A stretch of DNA of 64,000 nt from Planctomycetota bacterium. GTDB taxonomy: Bacteria > Planctomycetota > Planctomycetia > Pirellulales > UBA1268. Made by a program: the position numbers and the translations under genes. Positions 17,371-27,439 of this stretch are shown here, in pieces. The stretch covers positions 12,568 through 76,567 of the forward strand of contig JANNSZ010000077.1 in assembly GCA_031403195.1 (NCBI GenBank), in the 5' to 3' direction. The notes under the pieces were generated by a model. That model saw nothing but the letters and a program-made list of their open reading frames with translations, searched no databases and was not told the origin of the DNA. Position 1 is the first letter of the stretch. The number at the start of each line of letters is the position of its first letter.

Positions 17371-19050
17371 ATGAGCGACGATGCCGAAGAGCAAGCAGCG
17401 GTGGCCGTCAACCATCACCGACCGAACCGCTGGTGGCTCGATATCCGCTGGATCACCGCGGGCGTCGTCGCTGCGACATTTGCATTTCTTCTGTGGGGCC
17501 TCTTTGGGCCAGAGCCGGCCATTCGCGTTTTACGCGAGACAACATTTCTCACCGAGCCCCTCGCTGCCGACGGCCTTCCTGACTATTGCGAGGCCTTGCT
17601 CGCGATGGCAGGCCCGGCTCCACCGCCTGAGGAGAACGCGGCGGCCGGGCTCTTTCAGATACTGTGGCCGTTTGGCATCGATGACGCCGATCTGCCGGCG
17701 GCCTGTCGCGCGCTGGGCATTCCGGACAAGCCGCCGATCAGTCGGCTTCGGCCGCCCTATGAAGAAGCCGCGTCGAAGATCACGCATGATGCATGGAACG
17801 CAGGGCTCGAACGGCCTTGGTCTAGTGCAGACCTTCCAGAGCTTGCAGCCTGGCTCGTTGCGAACGAGGACAGCCTCGACCGCTTGCGAGCGGCCGCGGA
17901 TCGTCCTCGCTACTGGTTCCCGAGCCCTTTACTGCTCACGAAAAGGGAAGGGCTTCTGATGGTCCTGCCCTTGCCTGACGTTGCGGAGTTGCGGATGGCG
18001 TGCCGGCACCTGAGTTGCCGGGCGATGTGGCATCTCGGCGAAGGCCGCCATGCCGAGGCGTGGCATGACATCCGGGCGATCTACCGACTCAGTCGGTTAC
18101 TGGTGGCGGACGATCAACGCCCACAGTGCTTCGTCACAACGTTTGGCGCACTAGCATGTGAGGCAATGGCCGACGAAGCGGTGGTGCGGGCTCTTCTTGG
18201 CAGCGATGGGTTTCCCCCGGCCCTCCTCGCCGAGATCCGTCGAGAACTGGAAAGCCTCAGACGTTCCGGAAGTTTCGCGGAGTTTATACTCATGGAACGG
18301 ATCGGTTTCATCGATCTGCTTATCGGCATCGTCTGTCGAGAGCCTTTGAGCCGTGCGGCGCGAGCGAGAGCCCTTGGCAGCGTGGCTGACGCGACCACCC
18401 TTGACCGCATGCTGCTGCGAACGAGCATCGATTGGAATGTCGTCCTTCGGCGTGCCAACGAAGCCTACGACCGGTTTGAATCGGCGTGGCGACGCACGAC
18501 ATTCGAGGAACGGCGAGCACTCCTCGAGCAGGAGGAGTCTGATCTCGTTGCTCGGTTAAAGTCACCACTCGATGTCGGACGTATACCCTTGCTTTTGCTC
18601 AGCCGGGGCGCGCGGAGCGACTACCTCGGCTCGCGCCTGAGTGATCGGTTCATGCCTGCCTTTTCCGGTGGCTTGAACGTCATCACCCGCGGTCAGACGC
18701 GGTCCAAGCTCACCCACACCGCGGTGGCCCTTGCCGCATGGCGACTCGATCAGGAAGGAGGAGGCTCCAGCTATCCCGAGCGGCTCGACGCACTCGTTCC
18801 GCAGTACTTCTCCGACGTGCCGATCGATCCTTATTCGGGCCAGCCGCTCATCTACGAGCGCCGCAACGGCGGTTATCTTCTCGCGAGTGTCGGGCAAAAC
18901 GGCACCTACGACGGCGGCAGTGACGCTGATGGGTGGATCGTCAACGGCGAATGGCAAGATGATGAACGCGACGTGCCGTGGAACAGATCCGACCTGGTCG
19001 TGCGGATGCCGGTGCCTGGACGGCCGTTTGTGCGGCCATCGGCTCCGTAG
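17371..19050 (+). CDS. hypothetical membrane-anchored protein with GspG-like C-terminal motif
   Basis: One N-terminal TM helix (WITAGVVAATFAFLLWGLF). The C-terminus VPIDPYSGQPLIYERRNGGYLLASVGQNGTYDGGSD resembles the conserved pseudopilin C-terminal motif, but there is no prepilin leader. Confidence 0.65.
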   Translation: MSDDAEEQAAVAVNHHRPNRWWLDIRWITAGVVAATFAFLLWGLFGPEPAIRVLRETTFLTEPLAADGLPDYCEALLAMAGPAPPPEENAAAGLFQILWPFGIDDADLPAACRALGIPDKPPISRLRPPYEEAASKITHDAWNAGLERPWSSADLPELAAWLVANEDSLDRLRAAADRPRYWFPSPLLLTKREGLLMVLPLPDVAELRMACRHLSCRAMWHLGEGRHAEAWHDIRAIYRLSRLLVADDQRPQCFVTTFGALACEAMADEAVVRALLGSDGFPPALLAEIRRELESLRRSGSFAEFILMERIGFIDLLIGIVCREPLSRAARARALGSVADATTLDRMLLRTSIDWNVVLRRANEAYDRFESAWRRTTFEERRALLEQEESDLVARLKSPLDVGRIPLLLLSRGARSDYLGSRLSDRFMPAFSGGLNVITRGQTRSKLTHTAVALAAWRLDQEGGGSSYPERLDALVPQYFSDVPIDPYSGQPLIYERRNGGYLLASVGQNGTYDGGSDADGWIVNGEWQDDERDVPWNRSDLVVRMPVPGRPFVRPSAP

Positions 19051-19158
19051 GTTTTGGCGGTGCGTTGGAGGCCCCCGCATGCTGGTGGGCGCCTCGCCGG
19101 GTGGTAGACTCCTCGGGCTTGTTCCGTCGATGTCTTGGCCTGCGGGATTCTGTCGCCC

Positions 19159-20187
<1,029 letters not shown>

Positions 20188-20188
20188 C

Positions 20189-21940
20189 ATGCGGCTGGTC
20201 GTTGCGAGCATCTTTGTTGCGGGAGTGGGGCTCGCGGCCGTCGGCCGGGCTGAGGTGGAGACGATTGCCACCGAAGCAGGCAGTGGGATCGCGATCGAGG
20301 CCGAGGGCTGGACAGGTCTTGGCTCGGTGACGACAGGCCGCGATGCCGGGCTGATTCCGGTGACGGTCACGATCACCAACGGCACGCAGGCGGACCACGT
20401 GTGGACGGTCACGCCCGATGAGCGGTTCGGCCGCTGGCCGGGCGTGGCGCCATCTGCTCGCATCGCCGTGTCGGCCGGGGCCACCGCGAAGGCCACGCTC
20501 TTCGTCGGGAGCTCGAGTGAGTGGGGTGGCCGCAATCAGTTGCGTGTCTCGGGGCACGCAGTCAGCGACTCGATCTTTGTCGATTGTCGCACGGCGGAAC
20601 AATCGCTCAGTGGCTCGTCTGGCTCCATCTTTCCCGCCGGGATCTCCAAAGACGTGCAGGCCGCCCAGGGCGATCCATTTGACAGCTTCACGCTTTCGGG
20701 CAATCCACTCGACATGGCGCGAGCCCCGGACGACTGGCGTGGCTGGTCTTCCTTCCGCTCTGTCCTGCTCACGGAAGGTGAGTGGAGGTCGCTCGCAGGA
20801 GGTCGCCGCAAGGCCCTGCTCGACTGGATCGCCACCGGCGGACGGGTCGGTGTGCTCATCGCTGACCCCACGCCCCAGCGGCTCGATGGCATGGGCATGC
20901 CGCCTGCGGGGCCTGACAACGAGCGGTGGCTCGGTGCCGGCGAGGTCATGGTGGTGCCGTGGGACGGCAAGACGCTTTTGGCCACGGCGGTGAAAGCGTT
21001 TCTCGCGGGCAAGCGAGAGTCGCTGGCGGACCTTCTCAAGAACTATCGATCGCAGTCCTCGACCCGCGGTGGTGGCGGCAACTGGGACAGTGGGTTTGCA
21101 CGGCTCGCCGGCGTGTTTGGCGAACGGTCGCTGCCGGTCGGCTGGATCCTCGGGTTTCTCACGCTTTTCGGGATCATCGCAGGGCCGGTCAACGTGATGG
21201 TGCTCGCCGGGCAGGGCCGACGGTCGCGGATGTTCTGGACGACGCCGCTCATTTCACTTGCTGCAACGGCGTTTCTGCTGGTGCTCATGTTCATGCGGGA
21301 CGGCGTAGGGGGCGAGGGTGCCCGCCGCGTGCTCGGGCTTCTTGCGCCGGAGCAGAACACGATGGCAGTCATTCAGGAGCAGTTCAGCCGCACGGGCGTG
21401 CTGCTCGGGTCATCGTTTCCGATGGTCGAGCCCGCCTGGCTCGAACCGATCGACCGCCGGGACTTCAACGAGCAGTTTGTCGAAGTGGATGGCCGCACGC
21501 GGCGAGGCGACTGGTTCCGAAGCCGGTCCGACCAGGCGTATCTCGCGATGGCTGTGCGGCCCTCGCGAGCGCGGCTCGAGCTGGTGGGCGGAGAGAACGG
21601 TGTGCCGCCGGCGGTCATCTCAAGCATCGAGGTGCCACTCAAAGAGGTCTTTGTGATCGACGAGGAGGGTCAGTACTGGACGGCCTCCGATATCGGCACC
21701 GGCCAGAAGAAGCAGCTTCAGGCCAGTGATGCCGACTCCTACAAACGATGGTTTGATTCACTGGTGGCAGATGCGGGACCGGTCCGCCGCAGGGCTCTCG
21801 AGCGGCTCCAAAATGTTCGCGGCCAGGCCTACGCCACGAGTAGTGCAGCTGGAAAGGTTGCTGTACCAACCCTCGGCGCGATCCGATGGGTTGATGAGCG
21901 GGCAGATTTTGTCGGGCCGTTCACGAGGAGCCGGCCATGA
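20189..21940 (+). CDS. orphan signal-peptide/TM protein of the MoxR operon
   Basis: 583 aa with signal-like N-terminus MRLVVASIFVAGVGLAAVG. Two central TM helices (LPVGWILGFLTLFGIIAGPVNVMVLAG; LISLAATAFLLVLMFM). It starts 1 nt after the moxR stop. Confidence 0.7.
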   Translation: MRLVVASIFVAGVGLAAVGRAEVETIATEAGSGIAIEAEGWTGLGSVTTGRDAGLIPVTVTITNGTQADHVWTVTPDERFGRWPGVAPSARIAVSAGATAKATLFVGSSSEWGGRNQLRVSGHAVSDSIFVDCRTAEQSLSGSSGSIFPAGISKDVQAAQGDPFDSFTLSGNPLDMARAPDDWRGWSSFRSVLLTEGEWRSLAGGRRKALLDWIATGGRVGVLIADPTPQRLDGMGMPPAGPDNERWLGAGEVMVVPWDGKTLLATAVKAFLAGKRESLADLLKNYRSQSSTRGGGGNWDSGFARLAGVFGERSLPVGWILGFLTLFGIIAGPVNVMVLAGQGRRSRMFWTTPLISLAATAFLLVLMFMRDGVGGEGARRVLGLLAPEQNTMAVIQEQFSRTGVLLGSSFPMVEPAWLEPIDRRDFNEQFVEVDGRTRRGDWFRSRSDQAYLAMAVRPSRARLELVGGENGVPPAVISSIEVPLKEVFVIDEEGQYWTASDIGTGQKKQLQASDADSYKRWFDSLVADAGPVRRRALERLQNVRGQAYATSSAAGKVAVPTLGAIRWVDERADFVGPFTRSRP

Positions 21941-22938
21941 CGACAGCCGCGCACACTGGCGAACCCGCCGAGCCTGCCGAGCCCAATAATTCTCCTCTTG
22001 TCGAGGTTCGCCGGCTCAATCGGGTGTTCGACTCGGTGCATGCCGTGCAGGATCTCTCGTTTGCGATCCGCCGCGGGGCGGTCGTTGGCTTCATCGGGGC
22101 CAACGGCGCCGGCAAGACGACGACGATGCGAATCATCGCGACGCTCGACGAGCCGACATCCGGGCAGGTCATCGTCGATGGACTCGACGTGGTGGAAGAG
22201 CCGGCCAAGGTTCGCCGCCTCGTCGGCTGGATGCCCGATGCGTTTGGGACCTATCCAAACATGACCGTTTTTGAGTATCTCGACTTCTTCGCCCGCTCGT
22301 ATGGCTTTTCACGGACACAACGGCGGGAGCGGGTCGAGGAAGTGATGGACTTTGCGGACCTGCTCCCCCTGGCCGATCGCCAGATGGGCAAACTCAGCAA
22401 GGGCATGGGGCAGAGGCTCTGCTTTGGGCGGATGCTTATCCCAGACCCTGAGTTCATGATCCTCGATGAGCCAGCCGCAGGCCTCGATCCGAAGGCTCGG
22501 CTCGAGTTCAAGAACCTTGTGCGGCTTCTGGCGGCCCGCGGGAAGACGCTTTTCATCTCGAGCCACATCCTGAGCGAGCTGGGCGAGATGTGCGACTCGC
22601 TGCTCTTCATTGACGGCGGGCGGCTGGTGTTCCATGGCGATGCCGAGGCGCTCAAGCACGGCCAGCCGATGAATGGCGAAGCCGCAACTTTTGTCGTGCA
22701 TGTCACGGTGGCAGGCGACCCCCGGCCGCTCGTCGAGTGGGCTGAGACGAACCAGGGATGGACCCTCCTCGAGGAGCGACGGGATGGGGCGCGACTGGCC
22801 TGCGAAGGGAGCGATCCGACGCTGCTCGCGGATGGCCTGCGTCGGATCGTGGCAGCAGGCATTCCCGTGATCGAGTTCCGCCGGGAGCAGCGGCGGCTGG
22901 AAGAGGCGTTTGTCGAGATGGTGAAGGACCGGCGGTAA
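21937..22938 (+). CDS. ABC transporter ATP-binding protein
   Basis: Walker A GANGAGKTT, signature LSKGMGQR, Walker B MILDEPAAGLD, and an extra C-terminal domain of about 100 aa. ATGA overlap with the upstream gene. Confidence 0.92.
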   Translation: MTTAAHTGEPAEPAEPNNSPLVEVRRLNRVFDSVHAVQDLSFAIRRGAVVGFIGANGAGKTTTMRIIATLDEPTSGQVIVDGLDVVEEPAKVRRLVGWMPDAFGTYPNMTVFEYLDFFARSYGFSRTQRRERVEEVMDFADLLPLADRQMGKLSKGMGQRLCFGRMLIPDPEFMILDEPAAGLDPKARLEFKNLVRLLAARGKTLFISSHILSELGEMCDSLLFIDGGRLVFHGDAEALKHGQPMNGEAATFVVHVTVAGDPRPLVEWAETNQGWTLLEERRDGARLACEGSDPTLLADGLRRIVAAGIPVIEFRREQRRLEEAFVEMVKDRR

Positions 22939-22955
22939 GCCCTCGGGACGAACAC

Positions 22956-25900
22956 ATGGCCACGGCGACGCTCGCACCGACTCGTGGCACCGCTGCGAAC
23001 GAGGCCGGCTGGCCTGGCGACGATTTTCCATCGTGGATCTCGCCGATGCTCGTCAAGGAGCTGCGGCAAGGGGTGCAGTCGGGCGTCTTCTGTTGGACAT
23101 TCCTGGTTTTTCAGGTCGCGCTGTTCCTGGTTTTCTCGATTCAGGTGCTGACCAAGCCTGGCGACGGCGAGGGCTTTTCAGCCCTGTTCTGGCTCGCAGC
23201 GATCGTGGCCGTGTCGATTGTTGTACCGCTGCGAGGCATTGGGTCGATCAGCGGCGAGCGCGTTGGCAATGGCCTTGATCTCTTGAATCTCACGCGGCTC
23301 TCGGCCACGCGGATCGTGATCGGCAAATGGACGGCGCTCCTGGCCCAGTCGGCGGTCGTGGCCGTTACGCTCCTGCCGTACTGCACGCTCCGCTACTTCT
23401 TTGGTGGCGTGGACGTGCTCACCGAGCTTCAAGGCCTCGGCTGGCTCATGGCTGCCGGGGCCGTGATGGCGTCGGCCGCGATTGCCCTTTCGACCTTGCC
23501 GCTCGGGTTCCGAATCGGCATCGGTGTCGCGGCATCGGCCGCAGGGTTCTTTGCATTCGTGGCCATCATGGACGGCGGTTCACGGATTTTCGGATTTTGG
23601 TGGTCGGGTGCGGCCGCGCCATGGGGCGTCCTCGCCACGATGGCCACCTACACATTCGCGTTTCTCGAGTTTGCCGCAGCGAGGATCGCCCCGCCGGCCG
23701 AGAACCATGCGGCGCGAAAGCGGATCTTCGCGTTCCTGCTCGCGGCCACCTGGCTGCTCGCGGGATGGCAAGGCGACTATCCGGTGGCCGTTGCCACATT
23801 CCTCGCGACCGGGCCGCTCCTGCTCTGTTATGCGGTCGGGGCGATGGTCGATCGGCCGAGCCACGTTCGGACGCTCTTTCTTCCGTTTCGAAGGGCCGGC
23901 GTCGCGGGCCGCCTGGCCGCCGCCGTGATCGCTCCCGGATGGGCCTCCGGCCTCGTGTTCCTGACGGTCCTGGCAGGGGCCTGCGGCACGGGAGTGATCG
24001 GCTTTGTCGATCGGTTTGCCATACCCGACACACGTCTCGTGACACTCGCGTTTTCGAGCCTGCTCGTGGCGGCCATCGTGTTCCCACTCCCGCTCACGAT
24101 CCGGGTCACCCAGATGCGGTATCCCACAGTGCTCTATTTTCTCCCACAACTCCTTAGTTTTATGACGTTCGCTTTCGCCAACGCGTTCAAGGATTTCACG
24201 GAGCCGTGGAGTGCGTACGAAACAGGCCGACTCGTGACACTGCCCTTTCCGATCGGGGCAGCGTGCAGCCTGGTCGCCATCGCCCGAACTATGCCCATGT
24301 CAGACCTGTCGATGGTGGCAAGCAGCTACACGGTGGCTGGCCTCGTCGTCATCAGCGTTGTCTTGGGAGCCGTCGCAAGGCCATGGCTCCGGGAGCTCGG
24401 CTCTGCCGCAAGGCTCATCCGCGGTGATGCGGGCGGACGATTCGGGACGTTCACGATGGCACCCGCGAGGCCTGGTCGCGCCAGCACGACGCGGCCGTGG
24501 GCATGGCGAGGAGATGATTTTCCTTCGTGGCTGCCACCAATGGTTGTTCGTGAGCTGCGGCAGGGCGTTCAGTCGGGTGTGTTTGCCTGGACATTTATCG
24601 GAATCCAGGCGGTGATGTTTGCCCTCATGACGTGGGCCGTGGGCTCTTTCGACGGAACGATGGCGGGAGCCTCGGCGAGGGATTTTTCGGTGCTGTTTTG
24701 GCTGGCAATCGCTGCAGCGATTGTTGTCGTCGTGCCGCTCCGTGGCCTCACGGCCGTCAGCGGCGAGCGCCTGGAAAACAACCTCGACCTCGTGCGGCTC
24801 TCCAGGCTCTCAGCCACGCAGATCATCGTCGGGAAATGGCTGGCGATTGCAGGGCAGGGGCTGCTCCTGGCGACGGCGCTGTTGCCCTATCTCGTGCTGC
24901 GGTACTTCCTTGGTGGCGTCGATGTCGTCAACGACCTCGAAGCTTTTGGCTGGCTGGCGGTGACCGCGCTGGCGGTGACGGCTGCAGCGCTCGCGCTTTC
25001 AACATTGCCGCTCTGGATGCGGATTGGCACCTGCTTGCTCGTCGCCATGAGTAGTTTTTTCCCCTTGGTCGAACTGCTCGAAGACGCCGTGCGAGGGCGA
25101 CTCTCGTTCAGAGGCTTGAGTGTTGCCGCGCGGCTTGGGATTGTCGCCTGCGTCGCGGTCTACACGGTGGCGTTTCTCGAGTATGCGGTGGCGCGGATTG
25201 CTCCTTTGGCCGAGAACCACGCGGCCCGCAAGCGGCTCTTGGCCGTGGGCATCGCTGCCTCATGGGCGATCATGGGGTTGTTTGGGTCGAAAGATGCGGC
25301 GCTGTACACGATGCTTTTCACCGCGCCGCTCGTGGTGTGTTACGCGATCGAATCGCTCCTCGAGAAGCCAGTGCCGATCGCGTCGCTGTACCACCCGTTC
25401 GGCCGGTGGGGTAACGCAGGACGGATGGCGGCTGCCGTGTTTACACCAGGATGGGCGACGGCGGTGCTGTTTGTAGGCCTTGTTTCGGGGCTGTGTATGA
25501 CAGGCTGGTTCGGGTGCGTTTTGCACATGATGGGCTCCAGGCATTCCACGAAGGATGATCTCTGGATTGCCACCACGGTGGCCTGCCTCGTCGTTGCGGC
25601 CGTGATCTTCCCACTGCCCGTGCTTGTGTGGTTCCCAAAAGCACGTCCTCGATTCTTGTTCTACGCCCTCATCCACTTGCTCTGCTTTCTTGTGTTCGTC
25701 TATCTCGTTGCAGTCGCCCCTCAGAGTGAGGCGCATTCGAGCCGCCACTTGGCCAGTTGGGTCATCGCTTTGCCATTTCCTCTGGCGGCGCTTCCGGCGT
25801 ACTTCCAGATGCCGCATTCCAGCGATCGTGGATCGTACTCAGCGGCGTTCATCATCGCTGCCGCCTGTGCGACAGGAGCCGTGCTTGCGAGTGTGGCTCG

Positions 25901-25979
25901 CCCGTGGCTTCGTGAGATGCTGTTGGTCGGTCGACTGGTTGCCATGAAGCGGCGGCCACCCCAAGTGGTGTCACCATGA
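22956..25979 (+). CDS. fused tandem ABC-2-like permease (two paralogous about 500-aa modules)
   Basis: The ATG at 22956 (MATATLAP...) lies 17 nt after the ABC ATPase stop; the ORF extension from 22758 overlaps that gene. Modules span aa 1-500 and 501-1007. Each begins W-x-GDDFPSW...ELRQGVQSG and contains ...GER..N.LDL..L.RLSAT.I..GKW. Confidence 0.8.
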   Translation: MATATLAPTRGTAANEAGWPGDDFPSWISPMLVKELRQGVQSGVFCWTFLVFQVALFLVFSIQVLTKPGDGEGFSALFWLAAIVAVSIVVPLRGIGSISGERVGNGLDLLNLTRLSATRIVIGKWTALLAQSAVVAVTLLPYCTLRYFFGGVDVLTELQGLGWLMAAGAVMASAAIALSTLPLGFRIGIGVAASAAGFFAFVAIMDGGSRIFGFWWSGAAAPWGVLATMATYTFAFLEFAAARIAPPAENHAARKRIFAFLLAATWLLAGWQGDYPVAVATFLATGPLLLCYAVGAMVDRPSHVRTLFLPFRRAGVAGRLAAAVIAPGWASGLVFLTVLAGACGTGVIGFVDRFAIPDTRLVTLAFSSLLVAAIVFPLPLTIRVTQMRYPTVLYFLPQLLSFMTFAFANAFKDFTEPWSAYETGRLVTLPFPIGAACSLVAIARTMPMSDLSMVASSYTVAGLVVISVVLGAVARPWLRELGSAARLIRGDAGGRFGTFTMAPARPGRASTTRPWAWRGDDFPSWLPPMVVRELRQGVQSGVFAWTFIGIQAVMFALMTWAVGSFDGTMAGASARDFSVLFWLAIAAAIVVVVPLRGLTAVSGERLENNLDLVRLSRLSATQIIVGKWLAIAGQGLLLATALLPYLVLRYFLGGVDVVNDLEAFGWLAVTALAVTAAALALSTLPLWMRIGTCLLVAMSSFFPLVELLEDAVRGRLSFRGLSVAARLGIVACVAVYTVAFLEYAVARIAPLAENHAARKRLLAVGIAASWAIMGLFGSKDAALYTMLFTAPLVVCYAIESLLEKPVPIASLYHPFGRWGNAGRMAAAVFTPGWATAVLFVGLVSGLCMTGWFGCVLHMMGSRHSTKDDLWIATTVACLVVAAVIFPLPVLVWFPKARPRFLFYALIHLLCFLVFVYLVAVAPQSEAHSSRHLASWVIALPFPLAALPAYFQMPHSSDRGSYSAAFIIAAACATGAVLASVARPWLREMLLVGRLVAMKRRPPQVVSP

Positions 25980-27439
25980 CAAGCGCGCAGGCGAAGGCCA
26001 CTGTGGCGATCACCTCGGAGACAACTTCGGCCAGCGACGAACCCTGGTCGGGGGATGACTTTCCGGCATGGCTGCCGCCGATGCTGGTTCGTGAATTGCG
26101 GCAGGGCATTCAGTCAGGGGCGTTCTTCTGGACCTTCCTCCTCATGCAGGTGGCGCTGTTTGTCCTGGCGGCCTTCACGCTCCTGGCCGCATCGGAGCGG
26201 CCCGGTGGTGAGGTGCCTCGTGGGGTCACTGGGTTCTTCTGGGCGATTCTGGGAATCACCGTGGGACTCGTGATCCCGCTGCGCGGCATGACGGCGATTG
26301 CATCGGAACGGATGGGCAACAACCTCGACTTGATTCGGCTGACGCGGCTTTCCGCCACACGAATCGTCTTGGGCAAGTGGCTGGCCATCGTCGCTCAGAC
26401 AATGCTCGTTGCGGTTGCGGCGCTTCCGTATCTCGTGCTTCACTACTTTTTTGGTGGCGTGAATGTGGTTGATGACCTCGCGCGATTCGGCTGGCTGCTC
26501 GTGGGGGCGGCGCTCGTGGCGGCGTTCGCGGTTCTCGCCTCGACACGGCCGCAGCGGGAGCGAGTGGGACTGCTTGTGGTCGCGGGCGTCGGAGCATGGA
26601 TCACCCTCGTGACGAGTTTCACTCGCTTGTCGCCAGGAGTCGTGTTTGCCTGGGGCTGGTTCTGGGTGATCGTTCCGATCTTCTACATGGCCCTACTGCT
26701 CGAAGCGGCAGCGGCAAGCATCGCCCCTCCGGCGGAGAATCACGCGCTGCGAAAGCGGCTTATTGGGTTGGGCGCTGCGGTGGTCCTCGCATGGATCGGC
26801 CTCTTCGGCTCGGAGATGCAGTTTGGGATTGCGATGGTCATTGGCGGCCTGCCGCTGCTGTTGATCGCCGTGGGAGCGCTCCTCGAACGGCCGGTCAGCA
26901 TCCGTCGGATTCACATGGCGTTCGCCCGCGGTGGGTTCGCCGGACACGTGGCGGCAGCCATCTTCACGCCGGGCTGGGCTACTGGCCTCGTGTTCCTCGC
27001 CGCAGTGGGTGGCCTTGTCGCTTGTGGCTTTCTTGCTCAGGCGGCAGCGGCTGGGAATCTCTCGTTTGCCGTGGCATTTGCGAGTCTCGTGATAGCCGCG
27101 ATCATCTTTCCGTTACCAGTACTGCTGCTATTTCCGAAGGTCGAAGCAAAAGGAACGCTCTATGGTGCCGTCCAAATGCTCTGCCTCGTGCCTTGGGGAA
27201 TCGACGTGATGCTCTCGGAGATGTCGGACTCGCGAGGCGCCGGGCTTCTGGCAGTCGTCTTTCCATTCCCGATCGCCGGGCTTCTGCGGCTGATGAGTGT
27301 CACGCAGGCAGGCACGGTGACGATGTTCTGCCTTGCCGGCTGTGGTGTCACGGCCGTCGTGATTACGATTGTCGCGAGGCCCTGGCGCCGGGAGATGTGG
27401 GAGACTCAGCGGCTCGTCGGCGGAGGGCCGACTCCATGA
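25976..27439 (+). CDS. ABC-2-like permease, third paralogous module
   Basis: Same architecture as the two fused modules (WSGDDFPAWLPPMLVRELRQGIQSG, ASERMGNNLDLIRLTRLSATRIVLGKW, IAPPAENHALRKR, ARPWRRE). ATGA overlap on both sides. Confidence 0.8.
   Translation: MTSAQAKATVAITSETTSASDEPWSGDDFPAWLPPMLVRELRQGIQSGAFFWTFLLMQVALFVLAAFTLLAASERPGGEVPRGVTGFFWAILGITVGLVIPLRGMTAIASERMGNNLDLIRLTRLSATRIVLGKWLAIVAQTMLVAVAALPYLVLHYFFGGVNVVDDLARFGWLLVGAALVAAFAVLASTRPQRERVGLLVVAGVGAWITLVTSFTRLSPGVVFAWGWFWVIVPIFYMALLLEAAAASIAPPAENHALRKRLIGLGAAVVLAWIGLFGSEMQFGIAMVIGGLPLLLIAVGALLERPVSIRRIHMAFARGGFAGHVAAAIFTPGWATGLVFLAAVGGLVACGFLAQAAAAGNLSFAVAFASLVIAAIIFPLPVLLLFPKVEAKGTLYGAVQMLCLVPWGIDVMLSEMSDSRGAGLLAVVFPFPIAGLLRLMSVTQAGTVTMFCLAGCGVTAVVITIVARPWRREMWETQRLVGGGPTP

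Noticed and set aside
22758-22955. Upstream extension of the fused permease ORF, with similar extensions at 4631..5017, 30129..30248, 37630..37764, 50252..50344, 54322..54495, 59071..59190 and 63041..63382
   Set aside because: Each overlaps the preceding gene in another frame. The internal ATG yields the conserved N-terminus expected for the family.
26596-27435. 280-codon upstream extension of the DUF58 ORF
   Set aside because: It overlaps the third permease module in another frame and is Arg/Gly/Trp-rich. The DUF58 homology starts right after the ATG at 27436, which forms an ATGA junction with the permease stop.
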